Shown: one piece after another, positions 38,201 through 42,615 of the stretch
Layout of the letters: every line of letters starts with the position of its first letter
Position numbering within the stretch: position 1 is the stretch's first letter
IMG/VR virus record: IMGVR_UViG_3300020043_004045
Span: 1-44,471 of that record
Source of the DNA: a virus
Lineage: Duplodnaviria; Caudoviricetes
Strand: one strand, 5' to 3'
Length of the DNA: 44,471 bases
The notes under the pieces: model-generated
Seen by the model: only the letters and a program-made list of their open reading frames with translations
Told to the model about the DNA's origin: nothing
Databases searched by the model: none
Position numbers and translations under genes: made by a program

Positions 38201-38924
38201 TGAGCGTGAAGCACGTTTAGCTTTAGGTAAAGACTTGGCCGACCCATTGTTTAATGGCGTGTTAAATCACTTTATATTTAATCAATTGGGTATGGATATT
38301 CAAAGTCGTACAGGGATGCCTGATTTAGTGCCGTGGTCTAACGCACTAAACCCAACACTTAGCGCACAAGGCCGAATTAACGAGTTTGCAAGTATTGGCG
38401 GAGCAACAGGCGGCTTGATTGAGAAAGGTTATGACGCAACTCAGTTGATTGCCCGTGGCAATATCGGAACAGCCGCATTAACACTCATGCCTCGCTCATT
38501 CACCAGCGCGTTTACTGGCGGCAAAATGGCCGTAACCGATGAAGTGATGGATAGCAAAGGCAATAAGCTATTTGACACAACATGGAGTGAGGGGCTGGTT
38601 AAAGCAATTGACGCGACACCTAAGCGTATGGCTGACTTATCGCGCACGAAGTCATTGGAATGGAAGGATTTTGCTATTCAAGACTATATGACCACTAGCT
38701 TCAAGCAAAAGATAATAGCTGCTATGATGGATAAAGACCAAGTCGAAGTGAATAAATTGATGAAAGAGATTGATGTGTGGAATAACGCAAGATCGCGTTA
38801 CCCTGTTTACATCAACCTAAACACATTGGCAGAAAATGCTAACAAGAAAGACCAAACCTTTGATGCAAGGGAGAAGATACGCAAGGGCATGACATGGGTC
38901 AAGGACGAGCGTCCTGAAATGTGA
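23229..38924 (+). CDS. Giant DarB-like polyvalent virion protein (GNAT, N6-adenine MTase, Strawberry-notch SF2 helicase, ART-like domains, zincin peptidase, PLxRFG)
   Basis: 5231 aa; RRQGIA (~25596), EPTAGNG (~29571), NPPFG (~29757), DQTGIGKGRQ (~30795), DESH (~31173), QMLGRIHRTGQ (~32334), HELGGH (34788), VVYHGT (~35450), PLMRFG (36939). Confidence 0.9.
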   Translation: MANIFQVWDKEIQGLAAESADDAIIEARRQQLAEHFKAKAKASGLSSKKIYETLDKFDAYSRQNTTNEDNRLSPEEEEMLQRVKDGTITTGAIKEVGKRFKDVGLGVVSSLTRMGGDIAQTISDVGDNDKTELSAQAAQGLYNITDDIRSNYSEGTKTAKKDFWSPEGLTMGVAENLGQIAGTAALLGTGGALAGAAGVTSKAGKLLAMGTMAAPLAYSQGYGQGKESSLDEINKTSNAQLWENVKAEAKAYDDAGGTGEVPYLVQQFKEAGGDINLMKDLMAENAGNRAGIMTVATEPLAMGVGSLMSRGAAAGGKGLRAGLVNIMNNQGMSNELARRIAAGGSAGIASQVGKIGLVQGMRGTGQEGIQEGGEGYIAKTEGSLAAGRKGELTSEDWRGEHGIIQQGLQGAAIGGIMAGGSVYSTARNASKLALEKNGLPEKHDAALIANEQAIANLEKATQILDLNPEDVKAQEVHAKAYDEALVATNNLEQLTGKFNALYTPEEQEVIKAKTMEGVAARAKVAEDAAKAQQELDVAQAKAERQNKKAEYEKTKVREAEQAANKEKLTDKQQLENTLAEFAAENDTDSMLALLDGYENKAEADKLFNNAFKTVETRAKEAEKATKAQEAETAKQEQAKQKQSAFSADMFALYESNPNATYNDWKAIGKKYGVTSAIDLASAWANARANKPKQFSAIKVDSATIGIAHKNYASKLLSPIKKSIANGNYAKYTTKTGKKIKFVIAEDNDLEAVIFAFDEEENNPVAMMTYSKHEDNGSRFNPYIRVDDSLRRQGIATEMYKLAEQNGGLIPELNQKGQVRTIDGQKFRESISKKDEQKPENTETLALPAPDTVMVADAQGNVIPTTENNVPQKPRSNDFSVPSGLKVDVSNVENTRSDLGKGSYVGSAMIVRQDGQPFPTEQVAQQALANKATKKPRRKNEQSVSKDTHSVVPVDGGFAIAPKSEQQITQEDIIGEYARDTSPNDIIKLVKTETGYELDFDGISTYYDGEDSLKKAKSFLRKYGFKKIKPKVESEWQATPKEPVVEVEKPKKPDDNEDGGVITDAPKPNAPVSPTGQQAVDNTPTQAIEDDSIKTKHIKQSKPVNRTINEDKDDILAAIAKLGGLDLADAKSQGVDVEAYKGKRAAGLLGVFKKDGTGSDFDTMAEYLSGYGYPVHEGGNTAWDNVTGSYSVNALADALITALNGGDIGTTSYMQNKLQAQMEADQKEAEEMERLFNGKGSSTWDEADALDTISDITLDEFIKDESAIPENITLQALKEAENEQQINVSNSRQTPNAKTEASSIKNDDAKATSDGKTGQQESQSSTRQDSSKGLNPSFNLNAQTNEELAKRDAENKAAEAKRQAEEKAAKDKAQADKEVSDFRLSGSNAPADIAMAGGQKDMFAPPTRGEREAEKAKQEPTKEEPVKWFGSLPKAVEWVAKQKGQKFDIRQSNGRFEIYPAKEQTQGKSVQNNEPAPVKQPEAKTEPKAKIDFSEASVKLEDVLNKWEAIKKGDIVITKSGRALIAQSDAKGKMSIRFKAREGGLEEALSIVRVTGDNKVSKMLSDRLQEQSKGVLAKRLIGKNSEGKDLYEDGRGVRFTDNGRGVQVGEDVSFVQRNEELTFDTSNRTDEHRTVEEVAARQSKKIIPTFDDVMTHLKESGVLGLNWHKDAQSKALVKNTLEDYLDSIIPNDVSEKEFKFITDEFFNELVSSIPEDKYQSSGMLAHPIPEIAKKPKQDAQEVIVFSFFENSDFDEKKIKETAYDKLEDIAPSVKDYIAVEHNIDLQDGDPKTYGSLVAYKGDFDKILDLFHTLGNRISKNDKKTVVNRLKAEIMAKQQLAKDFERKSQNEAEAIKQPTKKESLLIKIDDELDSALDDLAAIFKEQGKRLSSGVDPVIMGKVLAIGMKASTLYLAKGAVKFSIWAENMIASLSSKGVSQDLVKPYLKQLYLASKVEASPEIRQQMDKEDDVYDFDFATLNVNQKETTDSTENTPTTKETLTDLFYKHLKQGTLPENNVNLRKMVVEFDGKEVDNYRLKEAQEMLEAAIARHSRDVVASNHNGDASTFNQLVDAYNKQPNLNIRTSTSIENQAYSTPAPLAFVAAKMANIGKNTTVYEPTAGNGMLLITALPENATVNEMESTRFNNLKDQGFNAHQGDALKAIENGVVKPNSQDAIITNPPFGSIKENGKTVKVAVDGYKIGKIDHLIAVEALKAMKPNGTAAIIIGADMVQGGISTDDRIFFNWLYANYNVVGHFEVDGKLYSRQGASWPVRVIIVHGKQASDKNSPVTGAIPRYENWKDVYDQYTKMVVASNNRGLSSDTSGTNNSANDTRTPQDVDGVKTTQASTGGRNTTRNNDDVDGAPTRNVSNRSRNGGKQLPVSDNVQRFDERTNAQDNLAVGDNRDTGVTTGNDSRVDGRSKPDGNTGKDVAVLSDADNSFQVKYTPASSRKDEGVLIPINMRQPLMESLLTLEDSVGDIDKYAAKELGYRNTEQLHDALMGLQVDSVASAIYQIKEKNKGIIIADQTGIGKGRQAAAIIRWAMLNGHTPVFVTVKPQLFTDMYGDLSDIGSNDVKPFIVNTGESISGKDGKKLHKTKPDAKHRKEVEDIAGDGVLPDDYNAVFITYSQINKTNNQQRLLSALSGNAIFILDESHNAGGASSTGMFMQEVLKEAKGVVYLSATFAKRPDNMPLYFKTDMGLAVGDTNELSTAVMNGGLPLQTVISNSLVKAGQLFRRERSYNGVSIETKVDSTNKVEHEKLSDEATKALRAIVAADRMFHNNYFAQLEKEVEAEGMQARAAGNKAEKSVNHHEFSSVVHNFIRQMLLGLKVDTAANDAIAALKRGEKPLIALENTMGSFLNEYVSANGLKEGDSLGDFGYRDVLSRALHRTRAVTIKDKKGEETRKEVGLHELDSATRAAYNEAQKIIDSLDVTIPASPIDWMRSRIEKAGYTVAEITGRNMAVDYSTKTPTVSQVPLSEQNDKVGTTRMYNSGELDAIILNVAGSTGISLHASEKFKDQRVRHMIVAQPAQDINIFMQMLGRIHRTGQVVLPKYTILTLDLPTEKRPTAVLNKKMKSLNANTSSNTESATSIVSMDMLNKYGDKVVSAYLSENQDIAKKISMEVHGDTSSSETNDDFAKKATGRFALLPIQEQNKIYEEIEPQYAALISYLDETGQNELEPKTIDFEAELKLESTAVPATDPSTPFGQEAIYGEYKVKPQGKPMTIEEVKALVLKNIGENNSPSEFTQKLISDGQEAFDAFIKTLESKYHAARDEEEAGNVQKLIHNQRAVFENTKAFIESHRVGSIWQIDVKGDIYNAVITNVKSTFKKGGHGNPFAQSKILISLAVNGELRSITVPMTEFTRIEVTKYYGNASDAMRQRTDDSALAKIITGNLLSAYANIQGSDGRVISFTKKDGSVEQGILLPKKFNFKDNVRQDFAIKDASDVFKLLKSGVTDILKTGVASRKGDIRIIHNTNTGGITIYTPKAKTTGGKWFLDKKLIGITGDFVSNGTMMTVSVPSSKAVAALTAVINKSPLYVLPSQADATKELLGYYDGQVNLKEDKPKFSRGTSEAKYSANDWQEWSKLPEFQDDDNSTVLFNGGSDGYILEVESRSALALWPGLFTSRDIENALSHGKDITAFRLSDDEMLSQSDINHLSNAKLSKALKSVWPKPLRKGTPAWDVAWDAVIYDKSDFASLGLEDDMSVRDGSFMDLLGYSSDEAGEASWYAQNLRGRLAEELGYKAVDMDDEHGTSWYIVPGVKSIPLPNKEKNSLKSKSANLTNSGGLTTSQVRQSLVNRFGEKLIKTLEAMGLITIMDSPPSWAEPDTDGAYHNGKIYLFADNLTAETAIATFVHELGGHKGFQEMMSPKAYAIIMAVFDRLVAQGNPIAVAAKKRAQQAEDSQDRQTDEYIPYLLTEQEKAHQATKAQRNAVQRLIDHIVRAVKGWLFNQLTKYDITTGLGKRVSSLLDARDIQLMAEKMIREMGNGTNPSNNTKAKGSQFSQLNTPQSQINAVRKKYEGTSQWMKAPNGQPTKLNEVQWLQVRTPNFKAWFGDWENDPKNASKVVDSNGEPMVVYHGTEYGGFTEFGSSGYGAASREKGFWFSNKIRALEYSGKNQEIEIVPVLKSWSDAAYFAKKLDVEFKKAPEDEYDDGIYFIDDDIASTLNQARNILQKAIEDKQPAGIYPVFLSLKTPKTINAKGKLATNINTLVMSNVPKKYDGMMIVDVDDAGRFGDYGYITDNYVAKTSTQIKSAIGNTGEFNPTNPDIRFSRKAKNPITEGIKSAANDAKNSLPKPISGKIDHFLAGRRLPSSDLANIVSKTELSLYHRTISTQQNTALQLPDFKKVYDMAQRYLQHVSVDAYAALQAAPNLLGQLETWSDLKKEFKKAWYPTYVKQKTDRAAVAEVIFDETLNNELRSEEDILKSLSRDQRRIYKEARDAIEISLKNTAKSEMVRKLLAAEAINWNTVESLMDKNQPVEQFAQAVRDLVESRIGGLSNELEAILDSDKMVKKAFKTGKVLDKDVLSKAQRAELKQALFLKEQIDTTKEALKSLNDVEKRLDTLLEQGYAPLMRFGEYTLTVRGQDDKVQSFFMFETKAEQARAANAIVTRYGKTVKLETDMISKEEFKQFAGMTPETMALFAKETGMDKDAAYQHYLKLAIPARSAMTRMIKRKGTAGFSDDIQRVVASFVMSNARMAAKNIYAAQIEKSIQAIESGKSVKDQAIVMKENVFNPKENFAQLRNILFLWNLGGSIFFGLLNMTQPYLQTLPHLSQYVPIADAGKAILRGSKIAGAAMKNGHAPKGYEAEYNRAVREGHVDPQNVFMLSGVERGKTGLSNSWTSVASHLMGSIAQVTESFNRKAVFIASIDVANKKGDAWLKKHGFATAYDFAVDSIAQTQGVYNKANRSNWANTSVGAPLMVFKQFSINYVEQMVRMWKKEAASGDEGKKAVFLMLAMLASLSGVMGLPFIKDILDVSETTAAFLGNPVNIEREARLALGKDLADPLFNGVLNHFIFNQLGMDIQSRTGMPDLVPWSNALNPTLSAQGRINEFASIGGATGGLIEKGYDATQLIARGNIGTAALTLMPRSFTSAFTGGKMAVTDEVMDSKGNKLFDTTWSEGLVKAIDATPKRMADLSRTKSLEWKDFAIQDYMTTSFKQKIIAAMMDKDQVEVNKLMKEIDVWNNARSRYPVYINLNTLAENANKKDQTFDAREKIRKGMTWVKDERPEM
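27070..27228 (+). CDS. Candidate overprinted 52-aa gene in the +1 frame of the giant gene
   Basis: GAGG (27060-27063) 6 nt before ATG; MSNKSMLAIADKHLTPKQKHQVLKMTMQKLLAMEKQGSKKAKAALDKIRAKV*; amphipathic, while the main frame is low-complexity here. Confidence 0.45.
   Translation: MSNKSMLAIADKHLTPKQKHQVLKMTMQKLLAMEKQGSKKAKAALDKIRAKV
30130..30513 (+). CDS. Candidate overprinted gene in the +1 frame between the MTase and helicase domains
   Basis: Open +1 frame 30109-30513; GGAAAG upstream of ATG 30130; E/Q/M-rich protein-like composition over an S/T/N/D/R/G linker. Confidence 0.4.
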   Translation: MTNTLKWWWPQTTEDYQAILAVQTTQPMTPEHHRMLMESKLRKLVQEDETPQETMMMSMEHLPEMYQIAQETEVSNYPSAIMYSDSMNALMHKIIWPLETTEIQESQQETIQEWTEGQSLMGILERM

Positions 38925-38982
38925 TTGATGTTACAATTCAACTAACTAGCTTGTTAAATTCAAGCAACCAAGAGAGGTATAT

Positions 38983-39984
38983 ATGACAGCGCAAACAGCA
39001 AGATTATTGGTAGATGGGAATGGTCAGATTATTCCTGATCAGTATTATGATGTGGTAACTAATAGCTTTAAAGCGAGTGAAGGCGGAACAGGCATATCTG
39101 TTGGAGGTTCGGCGGTTAGCTCTAGCAATCCGTTGCCTGTCGCACAAACTGATGGCGGCGCGGTATCAGGAACAGCAACAAGCGCAGCAGTATTGTTCAC
39201 AACATCAATGTTGAATTATGAAAGCATCACTGTTCAAGTGACGAGCGCGGGAACATCTTGTGTGATTGTTTATGAAGCAAGTGAAGATGGGGTAACTTGG
39301 CAAGCGACATCGGGATTGACTGTTAGTAATGGTGGAGCGTCTCCTAACATTTCATATTCAACAACCCCCATCATTTTACAATTTCCTAGAAAAGCTTCGT
39401 TTTTTCGGGCGCGTGTTAGCACTTACGGGTCTGGCACAGTTTCGGTAGTTGGATCGCTATCAAAAGTCCCTGTTACCAACCTTGGGCTTATATTTATCGG
39501 CGGAAGTTCGACGGTTGAGGGTGGGGGTACTGGCACTAATCCAATAGTTATTGGACTGGAAGGCCGTACATCGTCTAAAACAAGCGTGGCAAACTCAACT
39601 CTAGTACGACCCATTGCTACAGTAGATGGTAGATTAATCACGCGATTAAACTCAATCCCCGAGAATGAATGGCAATACGCAGCAGCAAGTGGTGGCATTG
39701 TTAATACAGCAGATAACGTATTAATTGCGGCGGCAGGCGCAGGCATTAAAAACTATTTGACAGGTTTGAGTGTTGCTAACGCTAACGCCACAGCGTCAGA
39801 AATAGTTATTAAAGATGGTGCATCTACTGTTATTTGGCGTATGTATTTAGCCGCAAATGCTCCGATTCAAAGCATTAAATTCGTCACGCCACTCCAATCT
39901 TCTGCAAACACAGCACTTAACGTGGCTTGTATCACAACAGGCACACAAACCTACATTAACGCACAGGGGTATAAAGCACCATGA
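38983..39984 (+). CDS. Hypothetical beta-rich protein, probably virion-associated
   Basis: RBS AGAGG; 333 aa, S/T/A/G-rich. Confidence 0.65.
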   Translation: MTAQTARLLVDGNGQIIPDQYYDVVTNSFKASEGGTGISVGGSAVSSSNPLPVAQTDGGAVSGTATSAAVLFTTSMLNYESITVQVTSAGTSCVIVYEASEDGVTWQATSGLTVSNGGASPNISYSTTPIILQFPRKASFFRARVSTYGSGTVSVVGSLSKVPVTNLGLIFIGGSSTVEGGGTGTNPIVIGLEGRTSSKTSVANSTLVRPIATVDGRLITRLNSIPENEWQYAAASGGIVNTADNVLIAAAGAGIKNYLTGLSVANANATASEIVIKDGASTVIWRMYLAANAPIQSIKFVTPLQSSANTALNVACITTGTQTYINAQGYKAP

Positions 39985-40130
39985 TTTATAATATTTTAGT
40001 TGAGAAAAAGGGTAAGTTTGTTAAAACTGGCAAAACAGTCGAGTGTACGTTTGAAGAAACTCAAGAGGTCATAGACAAGTTACGGTTAGAGCATGGCTGT
40101 TGTTGCGCGTTAGAGCTAGTCAGTGAATAG
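39981..40130 (+). CDS. Small hypothetical protein, 49 aa (not in ORF track)
   Basis: ATGA overlap with upstream gene; MIYNILVEKKGKFVKTGKTVECTFEETQEVIDKLRLEHGCCCALELVSE*; overlaps the next start. Confidence 0.6.
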   Translation: MIYNILVEKKGKFVKTGKTVECTFEETQEVIDKLRLEHGCCCALELVSE

Positions 40131-40494
40131 TTACAGTGTAGCCGAGCGCATTAATAGCGATGTTAATGCGTCAGTCACGTATAAAACCGATCTACAGCAG
40201 TATAACAAGCCTGAGCATTGGTGTTTACCAACTGATTTTGGCGATTGTGAAGATTATGCTTTGCTTAAGTATAAACTACTGTTGGAGCAGGGATGGCCAA
40301 GCAATAAGCTAGGCTTGTGCGTGTGCTATATGCCCGATGGAGGTGGTCATTGTGTGCTGTGGGTTGATACAAATAAAGGGAGTTTTATCTTAGATAACCG
40401 TTATGACTGGCCTGTTAATCCGTTAGATTTGCCTTATGTTTGGGAGTCAATGTTATGCAATGGAAAATGGTTAAAGTTATTAGCTTGGCAGTAA
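40123..40494 (+). CDS. Transglutaminase-like cysteine peptidase (BTLCP/C93, LapG-like), catalytic core only
   Basis: Y.TD...Y...EHW, GDCEDYALLK (Cys), GHCVLWV (His), ILDN (Asp); no signal peptide. Confidence 0.9.
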   Translation: MNSYSVAERINSDVNASVTYKTDLQQYNKPEHWCLPTDFGDCEDYALLKYKLLLEQGWPSNKLGLCVCYMPDGGGHCVLWVDTNKGSFILDNRYDWPVNPLDLPYVWESMLCNGKWLKLLAWQ

Positions 40495-40616
40495 TGCTGT
40501 CGGCTTGCACAACAAGCAATACGCTAAAGCCCGTGCTTGGTGGGGAGTCTTATGTGCCGTTTGGGTGGACTCAGTATTGCATTGACAATCCAAAGGATAA
40601 ACAGTGCAAACATTGA
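40455..40616 (+). CDS. Small lipoprotein, 53 aa (not in ORF track)
   Basis: RBS GGGAG; MQWKMVKVISLAVMLSAC-TTSNTLKPVLGGESYVPFGWTQYCIDNPKDKQCKH*; lipobox LSAC. Confidence 0.7.
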   Translation: MQWKMVKVISLAVMLSACTTSNTLKPVLGGESYVPFGWTQYCIDNPKDKQCKH

Positions 40617-40624
40617 CACCACCC

Positions 40625-40698
40625 AATGTAAGTTGACGTATAACTACACTCTGTAACGTGTGTTATACGTCAAAATGGGGCATAAAACGAGTTATGCG
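40625..40698. mobile_element. attC-like element 3, inverted homolog of element 2, left end degenerate
   Basis: TTGACGTATAAC (40633-40644)/GTTATACGTCAA (40662-40673); its reverse complement shares TAACTCGTTTTA and GTTATACGTCAACTTACATT with 1183-1252; GTTATGCG at 40691-40698 contains the stop of the minus gene. Confidence 0.6.
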
Positions 40699-40979
40699 TC
40701 TAAACCCAAAACATCTTGCAGTTGTTTTAATGCAGTCCTCGCATCATTTGTCGCAGCCTCCAATTCCATTTCTTTATTTACTACTTTATGCAAAGATTCA
40801 ACTTCTTGGCCTTCACAATAATCACCGCTAAAAACCCATTCCAAATCATGCAGTGCTTTCGCAACATCTTTTAAATGTTTGGCAAATGCTTTTTGTAAGG
40901 CCGTTGTTGCTCGCTTTTCGATAGTGTCAATTGCATCATCAATCTTATAACAAACATAATCCAAACTTCCGCCACTCAT
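40692..40979 (-). CDS. Hypothetical phage protein (MSGGSLDY...), cassette-like gene
   Basis: RBS GAGAGG; stop codon inside GCATAAC box. Confidence 0.75.
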   Translation of the reverse strand: MSGGSLDYVCYKIDDAIDTIEKRATTALQKAFAKHLKDVAKALHDLEWVFSGDYCEGQEVESLHKVVNKEMELEAATNDARTALKQLQDVLGLDA

Positions 40980-41002
40980 AAAAACCTCTCATAATCAAAA
41001 TC

Positions 41003-41076
41003 CGCATAACATTACGTCAAACTGACAAATACCCAGCCGCTTACTGTGTGTGTTTAAAGCCGTGAATGGGTATTTG
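41003..41076 (+). mobile_element. Partial attC-like element 4
   Basis: CGCATAAC-attacgt-CAAAC then stem CAAATACCCA (41026-41035)/TGGGTATTTG (41067-41076); the distal GTT box is missing. Confidence 0.45.
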
Positions 41077-41182
41077 CGGCACCACCAATCGCGTCTTGAT
41101 AGTCCATGCCACCGACAACGCATAACATTAAAAATAATAATAAAAGAATCAATCCAAAATGTTTGTCATTAAGCGCATTCAT
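41054..41182 (-). CDS. Small membrane protein, 42 aa (not in ORF track)
   Basis: MNALNDKHFGLILLLLFLMLCVVGGMDYQDAIGGAANTHSRL*; AAGGAG upstream; overlaps the preceding gene. Confidence 0.55.
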   Translation of the reverse strand: MNALNDKHFGLILLLLFLMLCVVGGMDYQDAIGGAANTHSRL

Positions 41183-41360
41183 TTTCATACTCCTTCATAT
41201 CTTGCGCTTTGTTTTCAAGCGCGTGATTTTCGTTATACAAGCGCGTTATTTCGCACGCCTGTTTTTCAATAATAAACTCGTTACGTCTGCGAGATTCGAC
41301 CATCTCGCCAAGCGTTAAAATCAAAATAGCTGCTATTCCTAGCAAAAAATAAGTAGTCAT
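41169..41360 (-). CDS. Small protein with N-terminal TM helix and coiled coil
   Basis: RBS AAGGA; hydrophobic N-terminus. Confidence 0.6.
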   Translation of the reverse strand: MTTYFLLGIAAILILTLGEMVESRRRNEFIIEKQACEITRLYNENHALENKAQDMKEYENECA

Positions 41361-41363
41361 GGT

Positions 41364-41639
41364 TTAGTCCTTTTTAAAATATGCGCGGATAGTGCGCTCA
41401 ATTGCAAACATGAATTCTTTTGGTAATGTCACTGGGCTTAATACTTCGCTTTCGTCTGTGCCTTCAGTGTAAAGAATGGCTTGTACGTCAGACTCGCGGT
41501 GTACCGATACAGTTTTGTCTTCGTAGTCAAACCATACTTTAAAAGATGCGTAGTCATTGCTAACGTAAGCAACATTGCCCTTTGTTGATAAAGTTAAATC
41601 GTCAACATCTAAATCAAAATTACTCATCACACTCACCAT
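41364..41639 (-). CDS. Hypothetical early protein
   Basis: Start likely ATG 41639 or the next Met, downstream of the predicted promoter. Confidence 0.6.
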   Translation of the reverse strand: MVSVMSNFDLDVDDLTLSTKGNVAYVSNDYASFKVWFDYEDKTVSVHRESDVQAILYTEGTDESEVLSPVTLPKEFMFAIERTIRAYFKKD

Positions 41640-41679
41640 TATTTTTACGCTTGCATCATGCCGCGTTTTGATAAGACAA

Positions 41680-41707
41680 ATACTAGCACAGTGCAAAATA
41701 AGTGCAA
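41680..41707 (-). promoter_or_regulatory. Leftward sigma70 promoter
   Basis: Minus strand TTGCAC, 16 nt, TAGTAT with extended -10 TG; GTGCAA repeated at 41691 and 41702. Confidence 0.55.
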
Positions 41708-41777
41708 GAATTGTTTTTATGTTTTTTTTATGATTTTTTTATGATAAGATTGCTCAATCAACACTGGAGTATTAAAG

Positions 41778-42020
41778 ATGCAACAACGTACAGCTAAAGA
41801 AATGATTCAATTTTTACCAAACTACAAATACATTGCATTTAGATTGCGTGTGAGTGTACAGACTGTACAAAATTGGGTTATGTGGAATTATATCGGGCGT
41901 GAATCTCGTATGGAGTTTTTTGAGTTGTTAAAAGAGTTTGGGTTTCCAAACGCAAGTTATGCTGAGATTATTAAGTTAGAGAAAAAACTACCAAAAAAAG
42001 AGACGGTGGCCAAATGCTAA
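41778..42020 (+). CDS. Cro-like HTH regulator
   Basis: RBS GGAG; YKYIAFRLRVSVQTVQNW HTH; divergent from the leftward operon. Confidence 0.65.
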   Translation: MQQRTAKEMIQFLPNYKYIAFRLRVSVQTVQNWVMWNYIGRESRMEFFELLKEFGFPNASYAEIIKLEKKLPKKETVAKC

Positions 42021-42085
42021 CTTTATTATATATTTTTATCTCATTCTTGCTCACGCCTATTTTAGCGCGTGGGTTTTTCGGGTAG
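42014..42085 (+). CDS. Candidate 23-aa hydrophobic peptide
   Basis: MLTLLYIFISFLLTPILARGFFG*; overlaps the Cro-like stop; GGTGG upstream. Confidence 0.35.
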   Translation: MLTLLYIFISFLLTPILARGFFG

Positions 42086-42149
42086 AATACAATCACCACC
42101 CTACGAGTTCAGAGGCAACTCTGCTCTGAGTGACTCAAGTTACGAGTCA

Positions 42150-42183
42150 ACAAAAAAGCCACTTTAATTAGTGGCTTTTTTGT
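42150..42183. terminator. Bidirectional rho-independent terminator
   Basis: ACAAAAAAGCCACT-ttaatt-AGTGGCTTTTTTGT between convergent genes. Confidence 0.9.
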
Positions 42184-42188
42184 GGGTG

Positions 42189-42602
42189 TTAGATTAGTTT
42201 GAGCCAGTCGTTTAGTGCCTGCAATGCAGATTCATAACCAAGAGCAACACACACAAATGCGCCTAACTCTTGGCTAGTTTGTAAAAAGTCTAGTTGACCG
42301 TCCTGCCATTTGCTTTTGGTGTGGTCTTGTCGCTTCATCTCACAAACAAAAGTCGGACAACCACAGATAATAATATCAGCAGCACCGTTACGGATTGCGC
42401 CTTTAGCTTTTTGCTTGATGTGGGCATTGTGCGCTGCACCAAGTATCAATCCTTCATTGTCGGGGTGTATGGCTACTTTGGCAATGTCGGGGTATTTAAT
42501 TCTAATCTGATTAAAAAATGTCATTAGCTCTGCATCTTCTAGCGGACAATCGCCTCTAAAATCCATATCGCCAAACACTTTTATATCTTCGTGCATCTTC
42601 AT
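42189..42602 (-). CDS. VRR-NUC domain nuclease
   Basis: HPDNEG, GAADII, CEMKR, Q..FL...GAFVCVALG; ATG 42602 after AGAGGA. Confidence 0.8.
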   Translation of the reverse strand: MKMHEDIKVFGDMDFRGDCPLEDAELMTFFNQIRIKYPDIAKVAIHPDNEGLILGAAHNAHIKQKAKGAIRNGAADIIICGCPTFVCEMKRQDHTKSKWQDGQLDFLQTSQELGAFVCVALGYESALQALNDWLKLI

Positions 42603-42615
42603 TGTTAATCCTCTT

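Noticed and set aside
2820-38647. Numerous minus-strand ORFs of 60-160 aa within the structural region
   Set aside because: They are antisense shadows of well-supported + strand genes, with no recognisable motifs
23229-38924. Intein or virion RNA polymerase within the giant protein
   Set aside because: No intein splice-junction or LAGLIDADG motifs and no polymerase catalytic motifs recognised
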